Shown here: one piece after another, positions 36,745 to 47,884 of the stretch
Position numbering within the stretch: position 1 is the first letter of the stretch
Layout: every line of letters starts with the position of its first letter
DNA from: an uncultured virus (IMG/VR IMGVR_UViG_3300020042_003594)
Lineage: Duplodnaviria > Heunggongvirae > Uroviricota > Caudoviricetes
Direction: 5' to 3' (one strand)
IMG/VR virus record: IMGVR_UViG_3300020042_003594
DNA: 64,000 bases
Notes under the pieces: model-generated
What the model saw: the letters and a program-made list of their open reading frames with translations, nothing else
What the model was told of the DNA's origin: nothing
Databases searched by the model: none
Position numbers and translations under genes: made by a program

Positions 36745-39700
36745 TTAATCTGGAAAAGATTTTTCAAAATTAGATACAAAGTTTTCTGCTCGTTTAATAT
36801 CAGACTTTTCATTAATAGCTTTTGTTTTACTTATGTTACCTCTGTTACCAGTAGCTCCATAAGTCATTTGACCAATGCCATCCTTCTTAGAGGCAGTCAT
36901 TAGCTTAGAGGCAGTATCATTAACCTTGTTAGCAAAATTATTTACCCAAGAGTCAAACCTATTTGAAGGGCCAGACAGCTTAAGCATCTCTTTAGCAATC
37001 ATAGTTAATCTCTTAAACTCACTAGGTGCTACTGCTAAATGTTGCCTGATGTATTCCCCACCCATATTAGGTGTATTAGGAATAGAACCAGGTGCTTTCC
37101 AACCAGCTGCTTCAGCTTCTTTAAGCATTGCATTAATACGTTGTTGATACTTAACCCACTTAACAGGGTTATTATGTGCTCTACTTAAAAACAATTCTTT
37201 ATAAGAACCATTATCTTGTACGCGCTCATACTGCTCATCAAGGTAAGCGCCTAAAGCAGGGTAGTCTCCTTTATCACCAATGCCAACAGGTCTACGGATA
37301 TCCATAACTCTATTGAATTCTTTTTCTTCAGCTTCTTTAATTACTTGGTCAAACTTTTTACCAAACTTAGCAATTTGAGGAATAGCTCCTGGTATAGAGA
37401 TATTGTTATAAGCATTACGATAAATTAAAGAACCACCCGGAGTTGAAATAGATGAGTCATGAACCCACATAACAGGTACTGGAGTAGTTTTATCTTTATT
37501 AACAAATAGAGTAGTACCTTTAACTAAATCACCATCAAGCGACTGAATAGGCATAACAACCATTTGCCTAGATTGACTAGTACCAATAGCATTATTATAG
37601 ATATCATACTTCTTAGTACGCTGATTGTAAATTAGTTGTGAGCCTTTACTAGCTGCTGGATTATAATCCATTGCAGAAGATTCAACTGTAACTTCTTCAC
37701 CCGCGCTATTAATAAAAGTATCTGACTCATAAGCTTTATACTTAACCATAACAGTAGAGCCATCAGGCAGCTTAACAGGTAGCAATTCACCAGTATCATT
37801 TGCTTTATTAACAGGCATAACTTCTACGGGAGTCAGTACATAAGTGTCTCCTGATACACCTTCCATCATAACTGTTGTGTTAAGAATAGAAGTATACCTT
37901 CCAATGTCTTTTAATACTTGAGTTGATTGAGAGTTAATAACTTCTCTTAGAGTACCTTCAAGGGCATCGCTCAATGCAGTAGCAGCTTTATCAAGGTCTC
38001 TTGAGTATGCAGTACTATTTAATAAGTATTGTTGAGTTTCATCAGGATAAACACTGGCTAAAATTTCAACCATCATATCACCAAACATGCTGGCATCTTT
38101 ACCATAAGCATTCTGCATAAGAGGCTTCTTAAAGAAGTCTTTAGACATTTGTGCTTTACCTTGCTTATCTTTAATAGACTTAAAGAAGTTTCTCCATGCA
38201 TCATTTGCATCAGGATTATCTTTAAGATTGTCTTCCAAATTAGCAATCATAGTATTCATAGCGTACTCACGCATGTCATCTAAGTTTGGATTAAACATAC
38301 CTAAACGAATAGCGTTATCAGGGCTACCAAAGAATAAAGCTTGAAGGAAAATACCATTCTGATTACCGTCATCAAAGGCATGATGAGTTAACGCCACATG
38401 TTTTCTTGTTTGTGCAGGATCTAATGATGCTGCTTTAAGATTAAACATATCGTCCCATAGATTCTTAGAACCCATAGACTCACCTTTCTCCATACCAGCT
38501 AGCAGCTCTTGAATATTATCAGGTGCATTAACAGGGTCTGATAAGAACATATTATATTCTTTACCAACTTCAGCTAATTTATTACCAATATCTGGTGTGT
38601 ACATAGCTACAATATTAGCAGGTGACTGGCTAGTAATATCTGGGTTAGTACCGTTAACAGCTGAGTAATAGTTAATAACTGCATTAAGCATAGTGCCAAT
38701 GGCTGCTCTCTCAGAAGGAGATAATTTACTTAATGTATCATGTTGTTGTTCCCCAGACATGCGAAGAATCTTAACCGCTTTTTGCTTAATACTTTCAACC
38801 ATCTTAGGATCAAACAACATATCAGAGGTTACATAATCTTTATTAGCAAACCCGATCATGTCACGAGTACCATTCTTTGAACCCATGTAGTCAACATCAA
38901 AACTATTAGGGAAGAAACGTTGATTAGCTAAACTGTGTACCCACTCTGAGTATCGAATACCGGGAGAGCCTTTAGTATTTGCAACATCAAACTGAAGAGT
39001 CTTAAGTTTATTATTAATAACTTCCACAGCTTGGTATTCTTGTTGGGCTTCAAACTCACGAACATCTTCTGGATTAGAAGCATCAAAATCTTTTTTAGGA
39101 TTTGTTTTAAGTTTAGCTTCAATGTAGTCTTTCTCACTAACTCCATTACGTTTAGCAGCCCAATGATTACTGAATTGGATTTTACCTTCTCTGTTTTTCT
39201 GAAGATACTGAGGATCCATAATCAAACTAAGTTCAATCTCTTTATACTGAACATCTTTAGCCCCAAACATAAAACCAACAGAACCAAGAATATCTTTAGT
39301 TGCTTCAGCAGAAGTAGTAACAAGATCACCCTTCTTAATAGAACGCTTAGTTAGTTGTTGACGATTAGCTGCAAAAGAAGAACCGCTACGACTAGGGGTA
39401 GATGAAGAACGTCTACGGCCATAGTCACCTACTAAAGCTTCAGAAGCTATTTGTAAGTCTTTAGCAATGTTCTTTAAGTCAGGACTCATTTGAACTACGG
39501 GACGATCATTAATATGAAATACTTTAATTGATCCCCTATCAATAGCATCCATTACAGTAGCTTTAGACATCTCATTAATAGCTTTAGGTGAAACCTTTTT
39601 ACCCATGCGGTTTAATCCGTTAGTGGCAAAGTGTTTAACAGAGTTAATATAGTCTAGTAAATAGGTAGCATCATCAATAGTAGCACCAGACCCAACTACA

Positions 39701-40542
39701 ACTTTACCTGTACCTTCTTTTTCACCTTTCTCAACTTTACCTTGAGAAGCGGACTTAGCTAATGCTACACCAAACACTAAACCTAAGTCAGCTAGTTCTT
39801 CAGGAGCAGTAAAACCATCTTCATAAGCTGCTTTTAAACCAGCAGCAATTAAAACAGAGCTACCATCAGCACCTTTCATTTCACTTTTAATTCTTGCATT
39901 AGAAGTAAAGAGTGCATCATTTGTTTGGGAAACAATACTTGCTAATGCAGTAGAAGTCTTATCAGCATAACGATCAATAGCATCTTCATCCATTGATTTG
40001 TTAGCAACCTCTCTTGAGGACGCATTAAACATAGCATCTTGTCTACCAGACAATAATGCTTGGGTAGCAGGAGCAGCAGCCATGAACGGGTCTTGAGCCA
40101 TTCCCTGCATAGACTCCATTGTATTTAATTGAGAAGCTTTTTCCATAGTCTGCTGTGTAGCATAATCTTCTGGAGTAATTTGTCTCATCATTGGTAAACC
40201 AGTTTGAGGGTTAACTCGTGGAGCACCTGTCTCATCTAAGATAGGTTCTTCTACAGGTCTAGCCCCAAATCTAGATCCAGAAGCTAGTGCTACATCTTCA
40301 GCTGTCCTAATAGTAGGTGCTGTAGCAAGCATTTCTTCTGATGGGCCTGTTGGTACAGGTATATCAGTAGGTTGAGGCATATACTGGTCTACAGTAGCCT
40401 GAACTGTTTTACGTGGATCTTCTACAGGTGCAGGTACTTGACCCATCATGCCTGTAGCTTGTGATTCGAGAGCCATAAGTTGATCTAATGAAAGACCAGC
40501 TTTTGGCGCCCCTAAAGGTGCGACTTTAGTTTGAATTGCCAT
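36745..40542 (-). CDS. Divergent single-subunit RNA polymerase, probable virion-encapsidated (ejected) RNAP
   Basis: Motif A FDDGNQNG, motif B KDFFKKPLMQNAYG, IQSLDG and motif C WVHDS, in T7/N4 order. No Cys in 1265 aa. Last gene of the ejection cluster. Confidence 0.8.
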   Translation of the reverse strand: MAIQTKVAPLGAPKAGLSLDQLMALESQATGMMGQVPAPVEDPRKTVQATVDQYMPQPTDIPVPTGPSEEMLATAPTIRTAEDVALASGSRFGARPVEEPILDETGAPRVNPQTGLPMMRQITPEDYATQQTMEKASQLNTMESMQGMAQDPFMAAAPATQALLSGRQDAMFNASSREVANKSMDEDAIDRYADKTSTALASIVSQTNDALFTSNARIKSEMKGADGSSVLIAAGLKAAYEDGFTAPEELADLGLVFGVALAKSASQGKVEKGEKEGTGKVVVGSGATIDDATYLLDYINSVKHFATNGLNRMGKKVSPKAINEMSKATVMDAIDRGSIKVFHINDRPVVQMSPDLKNIAKDLQIASEALVGDYGRRRSSSTPSRSGSSFAANRQQLTKRSIKKGDLVTTSAEATKDILGSVGFMFGAKDVQYKEIELSLIMDPQYLQKNREGKIQFSNHWAAKRNGVSEKDYIEAKLKTNPKKDFDASNPEDVREFEAQQEYQAVEVINNKLKTLQFDVANTKGSPGIRYSEWVHSLANQRFFPNSFDVDYMGSKNGTRDMIGFANKDYVTSDMLFDPKMVESIKQKAVKILRMSGEQQHDTLSKLSPSERAAIGTMLNAVINYYSAVNGTNPDITSQSPANIVAMYTPDIGNKLAEVGKEYNMFLSDPVNAPDNIQELLAGMEKGESMGSKNLWDDMFNLKAASLDPAQTRKHVALTHHAFDDGNQNGIFLQALFFGSPDNAIRLGMFNPNLDDMREYAMNTMIANLEDNLKDNPDANDAWRNFFKSIKDKQGKAQMSKDFFKKPLMQNAYGKDASMFGDMMVEILASVYPDETQQYLLNSTAYSRDLDKAATALSDALEGTLREVINSQSTQVLKDIGRYTSILNTTVMMEGVSGDTYVLTPVEVMPVNKANDTGELLPVKLPDGSTVMVKYKAYESDTFINSAGEEVTVESSAMDYNPAASKGSQLIYNQRTKKYDIYNNAIGTSQSRQMVVMPIQSLDGDLVKGTTLFVNKDKTTPVPVMWVHDSSISTPGGSLIYRNAYNNISIPGAIPQIAKFGKKFDQVIKEAEEKEFNRVMDIRRPVGIGDKGDYPALGAYLDEQYERVQDNGSYKELFLSRAHNNPVKWVKYQQRINAMLKEAEAAGWKAPGSIPNTPNMGGEYIRQHLAVAPSEFKRLTMIAKEMLKLSGPSNRFDSWVNNFANKVNDTASKLMTASKKDGIGQMTYGATGNRGNISKTKAINEKSDIKRAENFVSNFEKSFPD

Positions 40543-40548
40543 TTATAA

Positions 40549-43500
40549 TTACTCCTTTAAATACTCTTTAGCTTCTTTAGCTACTATTGGGAAACTACCT
40601 ACAACAGGAGCTGCTCTAATTAATTGAGCAACACCCTCAGCAGTCTTTCCTTCACTAATTTTATATGCACCTTGAATAGGTTTGTCTGCCCAAGATGCGA
40701 CTGGTGAAATATCTTTCAACGTTTCGTATGACCATTTAGCTGGGTTATCTAACACAGATGGTTTCTTATCTGGATACAATGGCATAACACCATCTACTAA
40801 TCTTTCATATTGACCAAGTAAACCTGAACCATAAATAGTTCTTTGGATATTAGCTACTTTACCTTTAATATAAGGGTTCTCTTCACCATATGATAGCTCA
40901 TCCTTAAGCATATTAGCTAAGATAGAGAACATAATAGCCATAGACACAACAGTAAAAGCTTGGTATCTCATACCAGCACTGCCTTCAAGTACATAATTTC
41001 TATATAGCTTAGGTAATACAGTAGAATGTAGTACAGCCATAAATCGAGTCATAGCAGTAATAATTCTTAGTCTAGGGTCATGATAGTACTTAGGTAAGTT
41101 ATGCGCCTGTGGGTTAGCAATCTTACCATCAATCATATTACCAATAGTTGTTAAGATATTTTCTTGAAGAAATTTAGCTTGGGTGTTAGCTGGATAACCA
41201 TCTTTAGTTAAGTTTTGTTCAGAAAAAAAGTCATAAGGATTATAATTGTTTGATTCAAAGTTATCTAAGATATCAATAACACTTAACACATCCATACCTG
41301 ACTGTTGCAATTCTTTAAGAGCCTGACCTTGTTGGTTATCAAGACTTTGACCTGTTGTTAATGCTTTAACTCTATCTTCTGCAGGAATAGCTCTTAATGA
41401 TTGTAGCTTAGTAACAACTGCATCTGAAGCAAATGATAAAGCAGACATACGTACTGCATCAGTAGTAGCTCTAAGACCAATAACTGCAGCAAACACTTGC
41501 ATTGCTTTACGCATGTTGCTATTAGGTAATTCAAATTTAGCTTGAGTGTTATAGCCACTCTCGTTGTAACCTAATGTTTCAAACAAAGATCGACCAAAAG
41601 CTCTACGATGCAAGTCATTTACTTCTTTAGAGATTCGTTCATATTCTTTGATGTCATCATTAACTTGAGCTTTATCTAAGTCTGCCTGTAGCTTTTCAAT
41701 CTTAGCGTTTATAGCTGCATGTGGGCTATACCTAGTATAAGCAATACCAACGCTAGCAGCTGCAAAAGATGCACCACCATTAAGATCATGACGTAATTCT
41801 TCAGCAAATGTTTTAGCATACAAAGCTAATTGAGCTTTTACTTGATCACCATTAGTTCCAAGAGTAGACATAGCTACCTCTGTCTGAGAGCTAATAGCTG
41901 CTTTACCTAATGAAGCTAACATAGTTAATGTTGTACCCCACCCTAGAATTTTTTCTAGCTTAGGGTAATTAGTTAGCGGGTTATAATTACCTGTTACAAT
42001 ATCATACCAGTCACGAACATTCTTAACTGTGTCCATGTATTGTTGATCACTATCAAACTCATTATTATTTTTTGCTTGTGTAAGTAGTTTTGATAATACT
42101 AATCCATCTTGACCTAAGAATACTTCGTGAGCAATCCTATTAGCAATGTTTTCTTTTAAGTTCTCCATGCTATTAAAGAGGTTAGTCTCAAACACATGAT
42201 TAAGTTTAGGATCAGCAAATACACCATATTGAGACATCCAGTCTCTGGCTGGCTTAGCTTTATCTGGATTACCAGACACAACATTTTCAATTGCTTCTTG
42301 GGCTTGTCTACGATTACTACCATTAGCAACCATTGTAGCAATAACTGCTTCACGGTTACGCATTAGAGTTGCAGGATGAATTGATGCTGACTCAAACAAA
42401 GGGTCAGTAGAATCTAAATCAGAACTAGTAGTGTTAAACCTATTAACTTCTGTTTTCATTTTACTAACAACAGTATCTAAGTTATCTTTCCAGTTTTGTA
42501 ACTCAATATTTTGAGGTGTAGTTTGAGGTAACGTTTGACCTTTAGACCAATAGTTTTGCCAAGACTCTTTAACCATTAAGTTAGCTGTTTTAACATTAGT
42601 ATTTAAATTACTGGCTAACTCTTCGGCGGTATTACCTGACCAACTACCCATTAGTCTTTGTTTAAAACCGGCGTAGTTATCTCCGGGTAAAATACCTTTA
42701 CCACCAATAATAGACTTAAGATAAGCTAGATTAGTTTTAAAAGAGCCATCTTGGTTAACAATAGTTGGGATAGCAGTATCAGATAGTTGCCTTAACAAAC
42801 GACCAGGATCAGTAATAATAGATTTAAAACCATTCCATGCACCTTCTAGAGCAGGTAAAGTAGATAGCTTAGGTGTAGGTACATTAGTAGGTTGTGACTT
42901 AATATCACGAACCATAGATACTGTATTGTTGTAAGCAGTAGGGTCACCCTCTCTTACTCTTAAGCTTTGTTCATTATTAAAAGATTGTTCTTCAGTAAGT
43001 TGATTGTTATAAACTTCTTTAGCATTAGATAAAGACTGCCATTCAGCAGTTGATTTAAGTTGAGATGCACTCTGAAACATACCGCCCATAGTACCACCAC
43101 CAATAGCAGCATCCATAAGGTTCTGATAAAAGTTTCTTTCGTATTGAATATCAGTATCAAATACACCAGTAGTTGCCATCATTTCCAGATACTGTTGAGC
43201 ACTCTCTGTAAGGGCTTCTCCACCGCTAGAAGTAGTTAATTTACCTAAGCCACGTAAGACTGCCTCAGAAGAGGCATACTGTTGTTTAGCTAATGCAGCA
43301 CCTGCCTTAGACATGTCAACTAATTCTTTCTTAGTAGCATTTTCAATAATCTTTAATGCAGCACTATCAGATAAAATTTCACCTGTTTCTTTTAACGCTT
43401 TATCTTTAAGAGCAGCAACTACTTCAGTCCTACCCGAGCTTGTAAGGATATTACCAGTCATCATCATACCATCTAAACCTATTCGGTCTAGTACAGCAGA

Positions 43501-44745
43501 ACCAATACCTAATGTTACAGCCAAATTAGCATTCTTTTTATCATCAGGTTGATCAGCATAAAAGCTACCTGAATACATTAATGCTGAGGGTATAGCTGAT
43601 AAACCATAAGCAGCTAATGCAGGTAAATTAGTACCACCAGTAGCAGCAGTAGAAGTCATAAGTAAAGCTAAACTAGGTAGTGTACCTGCAATAAGGTTAG
43701 AAGAATAGGTAGCTGTATCCTTAATAGCAGACCAAGGGTCATTAGTATTAATATCTTTAAAAGAAGTTAATGTATCAGCTAAATTATCTTGTTGTGCTTT
43801 AGTAGACCTAACCATTGTTTGGCCTTTATCAGACAACCACTTCCACTGATTCTCATCACCAGTTAACTGCAACATACCACCTAAGCTTTTATACATATCT
43901 AATGATGCTCTATGTAGCGTAGTACTAAATTGATCATTAGCTTGATTCATTATGTTACGATCATTACTTCGTACCATAACACCGCCAACAATGTCAGGGG
44001 TAGTTGCTGCTAAAAATAATCTTTGTTTTGAATCATTAAGTTTAGTTTCTAATTTAGTTCGTGTTTCAGGCTTTAATTGTTCTTCTTTAAGAATTTTTTC
44101 TAGTCTGGCAATCTCTTCTACTTCGTCCTTAACAGCAGGAATACCTGTAGAGTTTTTAAATGCTGCATACATCTTTTCATCTTGTACATTTATTTTAGGT
44201 ATGTACAAAGGGTTACCACCTGCATTAGCAATAGCTTCTTCTTTACGTTCTCTGGCTAACCTTAGCATAGGGTCTGCATTAGTTAGCTCTGGGATAACCC
44301 TAGATATAGCGCCTAGTGTAGCATTCTTTTTAACTGCTTCATCTGAACTGTAAGAATTAATTCTTTGCATACCTAATGCTGTAAGAGTATCACCTAGTGA
44401 ATCACCTAAACGATTAGTTTGTTTAGCTAATACTCGGCCATAAGGATCTTTGCCTTCTGTTTGAAGATTAGTATATCCACCTAATTGAGCAATATCATTT
44501 ACATCTTGTTGAGAAGTATCATTAGCTACTTGATTAGGAACAAAGATACCGCCTTGAAACTTTGCTGTTTCAGGGGCGTTAAACCCTCTAAGACGGTATG
44601 ATTGTTGTCCTACTTTAATAGTATCAGGGTCAATAATATTAACAGGGGAAGCTACAGGTTCACCATTGATAGTAGTAACTGGAGAACCAGTTTCTCCTTT
44701 AAGGCTTTCAGCTAATAGCTGTGCGCGTTCTTCTAATGTACTCAT
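40549..44745 (-). CDS. Large internal virion (ejection) protein with N-terminal SNase/thermonuclease-like domain
   Basis: [16 protein letters not shown]...KDPYGRVLA, then Ala/Gly-rich hydrophobic helices. No Cys seen. Confidence 0.75.
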   Translation of the reverse strand: MSTLEERAQLLAESLKGETGSPVTTINGEPVASPVNIIDPDTIKVGQQSYRLRGFNAPETAKFQGGIFVPNQVANDTSQQDVNDIAQLGGYTNLQTEGKDPYGRVLAKQTNRLGDSLGDTLTALGMQRINSYSSDEAVKKNATLGAISRVIPELTNADPMLRLARERKEEAIANAGGNPLYIPKINVQDEKMYAAFKNSTGIPAVKDEVEEIARLEKILKEEQLKPETRTKLETKLNDSKQRLFLAATTPDIVGGVMVRSNDRNIMNQANDQFSTTLHRASLDMYKSLGGMLQLTGDENQWKWLSDKGQTMVRSTKAQQDNLADTLTSFKDINTNDPWSAIKDTATYSSNLIAGTLPSLALLMTSTAATGGTNLPALAAYGLSAIPSALMYSGSFYADQPDDKKNANLAVTLGIGSAVLDRIGLDGMMMTGNILTSSGRTEVVAALKDKALKETGEILSDSAALKIIENATKKELVDMSKAGAALAKQQYASSEAVLRGLGKLTTSSGGEALTESAQQYLEMMATTGVFDTDIQYERNFYQNLMDAAIGGGTMGGMFQSASQLKSTAEWQSLSNAKEVYNNQLTEEQSFNNEQSLRVREGDPTAYNNTVSMVRDIKSQPTNVPTPKLSTLPALEGAWNGFKSIITDPGRLLRQLSDTAIPTIVNQDGSFKTNLAYLKSIIGGKGILPGDNYAGFKQRLMGSWSGNTAEELASNLNTNVKTANLMVKESWQNYWSKGQTLPQTTPQNIELQNWKDNLDTVVSKMKTEVNRFNTTSSDLDSTDPLFESASIHPATLMRNREAVIATMVANGSNRRQAQEAIENVVSGNPDKAKPARDWMSQYGVFADPKLNHVFETNLFNSMENLKENIANRIAHEVFLGQDGLVLSKLLTQAKNNNEFDSDQQYMDTVKNVRDWYDIVTGNYNPLTNYPKLEKILGWGTTLTMLASLGKAAISSQTEVAMSTLGTNGDQVKAQLALYAKTFAEELRHDLNGGASFAAASVGIAYTRYSPHAAINAKIEKLQADLDKAQVNDDIKEYERISKEVNDLHRRAFGRSLFETLGYNESGYNTQAKFELPNSNMRKAMQVFAAVIGLRATTDAVRMSALSFASDAVVTKLQSLRAIPAEDRVKALTTGQSLDNQQGQALKELQQSGMDVLSVIDILDNFESNNYNPYDFFSEQNLTKDGYPANTQAKFLQENILTTIGNMIDGKIANPQAHNLPKYYHDPRLRIITAMTRFMAVLHSTVLPKLYRNYVLEGSAGMRYQAFTVVSMAIMFSILANMLKDELSYGEENPYIKGKVANIQRTIYGSGLLGQYERLVDGVMPLYPDKKPSVLDNPAKWSYETLKDISPVASWADKPIQGAYKISEGKTAEGVAQLIRAAPVVGSFPIVAKEAKEYLKE

Positions 44746-44761
44746 AGATTCCTCATATTAA

Positions 44762-47700
44762 TTAAATCTTACCACCAGTTTGTTGTAACCAAAATAGCAT
44801 TGGTGTAGAACCGGGAGCACCTTTGGACATATCTGTAAACTTATTTTTAGTTTCAGTAGGTAATGACTTCCAATCGTTTTCAATAGCATTACTTGCTTTA
44901 TCAATAGATATACCTTGCTTTTTGTAAGTATCAATAGCAGTACCTAATGCGGTTTGATAGGGAGTAGCAGGTAAAACAAACTTATTTTTACTATCTTTAG
45001 CCATATAAAGTTCTTTGTTATTAGTAACCATCTTAGTTTCAATAACAGCATTACCAAAGAAAGCTTTACGTAATCCTTCTTCATTAATTGCTTTACCATT
45101 AATTTTAGCAGATTCAATAGCAGATCTAATAGTGTTTTCAGACATTACAGCAAAGGAAGTAGCTGAGATGTTTGGACCAAGATCTTCTTTAAGAAGATTA
45201 AGTGCTTCAGCATATCTGGCTGCATCTAACTTAGCTCGTTCTGTAGTGTATTCTTTAGATTTAAAATTATCAAGAAGTATAGGTGTTAAACGATTAACGT
45301 TTGCATCGGTCATTTTCTTAACATCAGCATCTCTACGCTCTCTTGTTTCAAAACGTTTTAAATCAGCTGGAGGAATGTTTTCCCATTCACCTTTATTATT
45401 AACTTTTTGAATATTACCGCCTTGTTCTCGATATTCCATAGGTTTACCATCAAAAAATCCTTGATCAGGTTTCTTTGGTTTACTACTACCAGTAGTATCT
45501 TCAACAGACTTATTAGCTTTAAGTAATTGAATAACAGCTCTTAAACTATCAGGAGTTTTAGCACTATTACGAAGTTCAATAGCTTTAAGACGAATAGAGG
45601 CAGGAACATTCTCTCCTAATGCAGTACGATAGTCTCCATCTAACTTTTCTAAAAGTTCTCTGGTATTTTTCTTATCTTCAGCAGCAGCAACTGCTTGAGC
45701 ATTTCTACGGGAGTCACCTGCCTTAAGCGCATCTACACCAGCGTATCTTAATGATCCACCAGTTGAACCGCCAGAAAGCATACCACCAGCAGCAACAATA
45801 GCAAAGCGAATAAGTTCTTTATCATTAAATAAACCAGTATCACCAAATAAATTTCCAATTTGTTTAGCTAACCAAGACTCTTGTTCTTTAGGATTATTGC
45901 TTACAGTAGTAGCTTCTTCTCTTAATTTATCAATTTGTATTGATTGTTTTTGAGAGATATCTGCAATAGCTTTGTTAGCTTGAACAGGATTAGTTTCAAT
46001 TAAAGATGGAGCATCCACTATTTTAGGAACTTCTGTAGGCTCAATTTGATCTACTTGTCTTCCAGACACTCTTGCAACAGCATCATTAGCTTCTGTAGAG
46101 ATTGGTGGAACTACTTTGTCTGAAAAAGTATTTGAACCTGTAAATTGTTGAATTCTATTATTAGGTTCAGAAACTCCAACTAATTTAGGAACTTCACCCT
46201 CAAGTCTTTTTACTTCTTGCTCAAAAAAAGCTCTATCATTTGCTGATATGTTTGGATCTTTTGATAATTCTCTAGATCTTTCTAAATCATTAATAGGAAC
46301 AAAAGGTGCAGATGCTAATGGTTCTGCTTTAATTGTATTACGGTTATCAGCTAAAGTAGGTATTGTTTGCTTAGCCTTAGCTAACATTTCTTCTGCTTTA
46401 AGTCTTGTATCTTTATTAGTGCTAGTTGCAAGATCTTGTTTAGCAATAAGGATTTCTCTACCACTAGGTGGTCTTAATTTAGAATTAGTTACAAGAATAG
46501 CATCTTTACCTACTCTGGAATATGGGTTAGGATCATTAATAAAATCAGCATTAGTTTTACCTTGTAAGTTAGGATTTTTTGCAATTGCTTCTTTACTTAA
46601 AGATAAAGTTGAGTTAGGGTCGCCTTTAAAAATATTCTTAAGGCCTTCTGCACCAACTACCCATGCTTTAGCAATTGAAGCATCATTAGGTTCAATGCCT
46701 TTCTTAGATAATTGTTTAGCTAAAACATTTTTGTAAGCTTGTCTACCTTGTTCTTGTACATCTGCATTAGCGCGATCTGCATATTTAAGTGCAGAATTTT
46801 CTTTAATTGCATCTGTCCAAGCAGCATCTGTCATTTGGTATAAGCCTTTAGCAGAGCTTAAAGGATTAGCAGCAAAAGCACCAAGAACACCTGATTCGTT
46901 CTTTTTAGTAAAAGCATCTCCATAATTAAAGGTAGGATCAACCGGCATTTTGTATTGGTATTTAGAAGATTCTGGAACCGTAATATCAAAGTTGTCAACA
47001 AAGCCTCTTTTACCAACACCACCCGGAGTAACAGTTGGAACAGCACCTCGTTTGCCAGCACCACCTGGGTTAACGCCTGTACTAACAGAAGGAATGTCAA
47101 CAGGTATTACTACAGGAGGAGCTTCTACATTAGTAGTAGCAACAGGAATAACAGCAGGAGCTACTGTTGTTGGAATAGTATTAACAGGAACTTCAATAGG
47201 AGCAACAGGAGCAGGAGGTGCTACTACTACAGGTGCAGGCACTGGTGTTTGTACACCCATCTTTTGTAACAAGTTATCTAACCAACTTACTCCAGTTGTA
47301 CCATCCTCATAGTTAGCTTGATCAGAAGAACCACGACTAAACACTTCAGTAGTTCCATGCATGAAAGAAGAACCGGGAACATCATAGTGCCTGTAAGCTA
47401 ATGAAGGAGGTGTTACTTGTACCGCACCATCTCTAAGCATATTAGCCTCACGCCCTTCTTCAACCATCCTTTGAATGACCTCTTTATTCTTTGGGTCTTG
47501 TGCAGCTGGCTCTGGGATAACAGCTTCTCCGGGAGTTAACATAGCAGGAACAGTATCAGTACCTTGTTCTAGTTTATGTTGACCTTGCTTAAACATTTCA
47601 GTCCCCGCCATAGGGTTTGTTGAAGGTAAACCTAGTTTTTGCCTATTAATTTTAGGTGGTTTACTTAAAGGTGACTGAGCATCCTTAAGTTTAACTTGCT

Positions 47701-47875
47701 GCATTTGTTCTTTATGACCGATACTTTGGTTGGCCTTTGCAGCAGCTTCCTGTAGTTTGATCTCGTGTAGTTGTTGTTTTCTACCTTGATCTTGTTCCAT
47801 CTTAACTTTTTCTCTTTGTTCTTGAGAGTTTAATTTAAGATATTCTCTATGTTGTTTAGCGCTTAGTGGCCCCAT
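44762..47875 (-). CDS. Internal virion protein with lytic transglycosylase domain
   Basis: NES...NP.SSAKGLYQM...W...AWVVG SLT motifs and a GTDTVPAMLTPGEAVI motif. Confidence 0.8.
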   Translation of the reverse strand: MGPLSAKQHREYLKLNSQEQREKVKMEQDQGRKQQLHEIKLQEAAAKANQSIGHKEQMQQVKLKDAQSPLSKPPKINRQKLGLPSTNPMAGTEMFKQGQHKLEQGTDTVPAMLTPGEAVIPEPAAQDPKNKEVIQRMVEEGREANMLRDGAVQVTPPSLAYRHYDVPGSSFMHGTTEVFSRGSSDQANYEDGTTGVSWLDNLLQKMGVQTPVPAPVVVAPPAPVAPIEVPVNTIPTTVAPAVIPVATTNVEAPPVVIPVDIPSVSTGVNPGGAGKRGAVPTVTPGGVGKRGFVDNFDITVPESSKYQYKMPVDPTFNYGDAFTKKNESGVLGAFAANPLSSAKGLYQMTDAAWTDAIKENSALKYADRANADVQEQGRQAYKNVLAKQLSKKGIEPNDASIAKAWVVGAEGLKNIFKGDPNSTLSLSKEAIAKNPNLQGKTNADFINDPNPYSRVGKDAILVTNSKLRPPSGREILIAKQDLATSTNKDTRLKAEEMLAKAKQTIPTLADNRNTIKAEPLASAPFVPINDLERSRELSKDPNISANDRAFFEQEVKRLEGEVPKLVGVSEPNNRIQQFTGSNTFSDKVVPPISTEANDAVARVSGRQVDQIEPTEVPKIVDAPSLIETNPVQANKAIADISQKQSIQIDKLREEATTVSNNPKEQESWLAKQIGNLFGDTGLFNDKELIRFAIVAAGGMLSGGSTGGSLRYAGVDALKAGDSRRNAQAVAAAEDKKNTRELLEKLDGDYRTALGENVPASIRLKAIELRNSAKTPDSLRAVIQLLKANKSVEDTTGSSKPKKPDQGFFDGKPMEYREQGGNIQKVNNKGEWENIPPADLKRFETRERRDADVKKMTDANVNRLTPILLDNFKSKEYTTERAKLDAARYAEALNLLKEDLGPNISATSFAVMSENTIRSAIESAKINGKAINEEGLRKAFFGNAVIETKMVTNNKELYMAKDSKNKFVLPATPYQTALGTAIDTYKKQGISIDKASNAIENDWKSLPTETKNKFTDMSKGAPGSTPMLFWLQQTGGKI

Positions 47876-47884
47876 AGTATCTCC

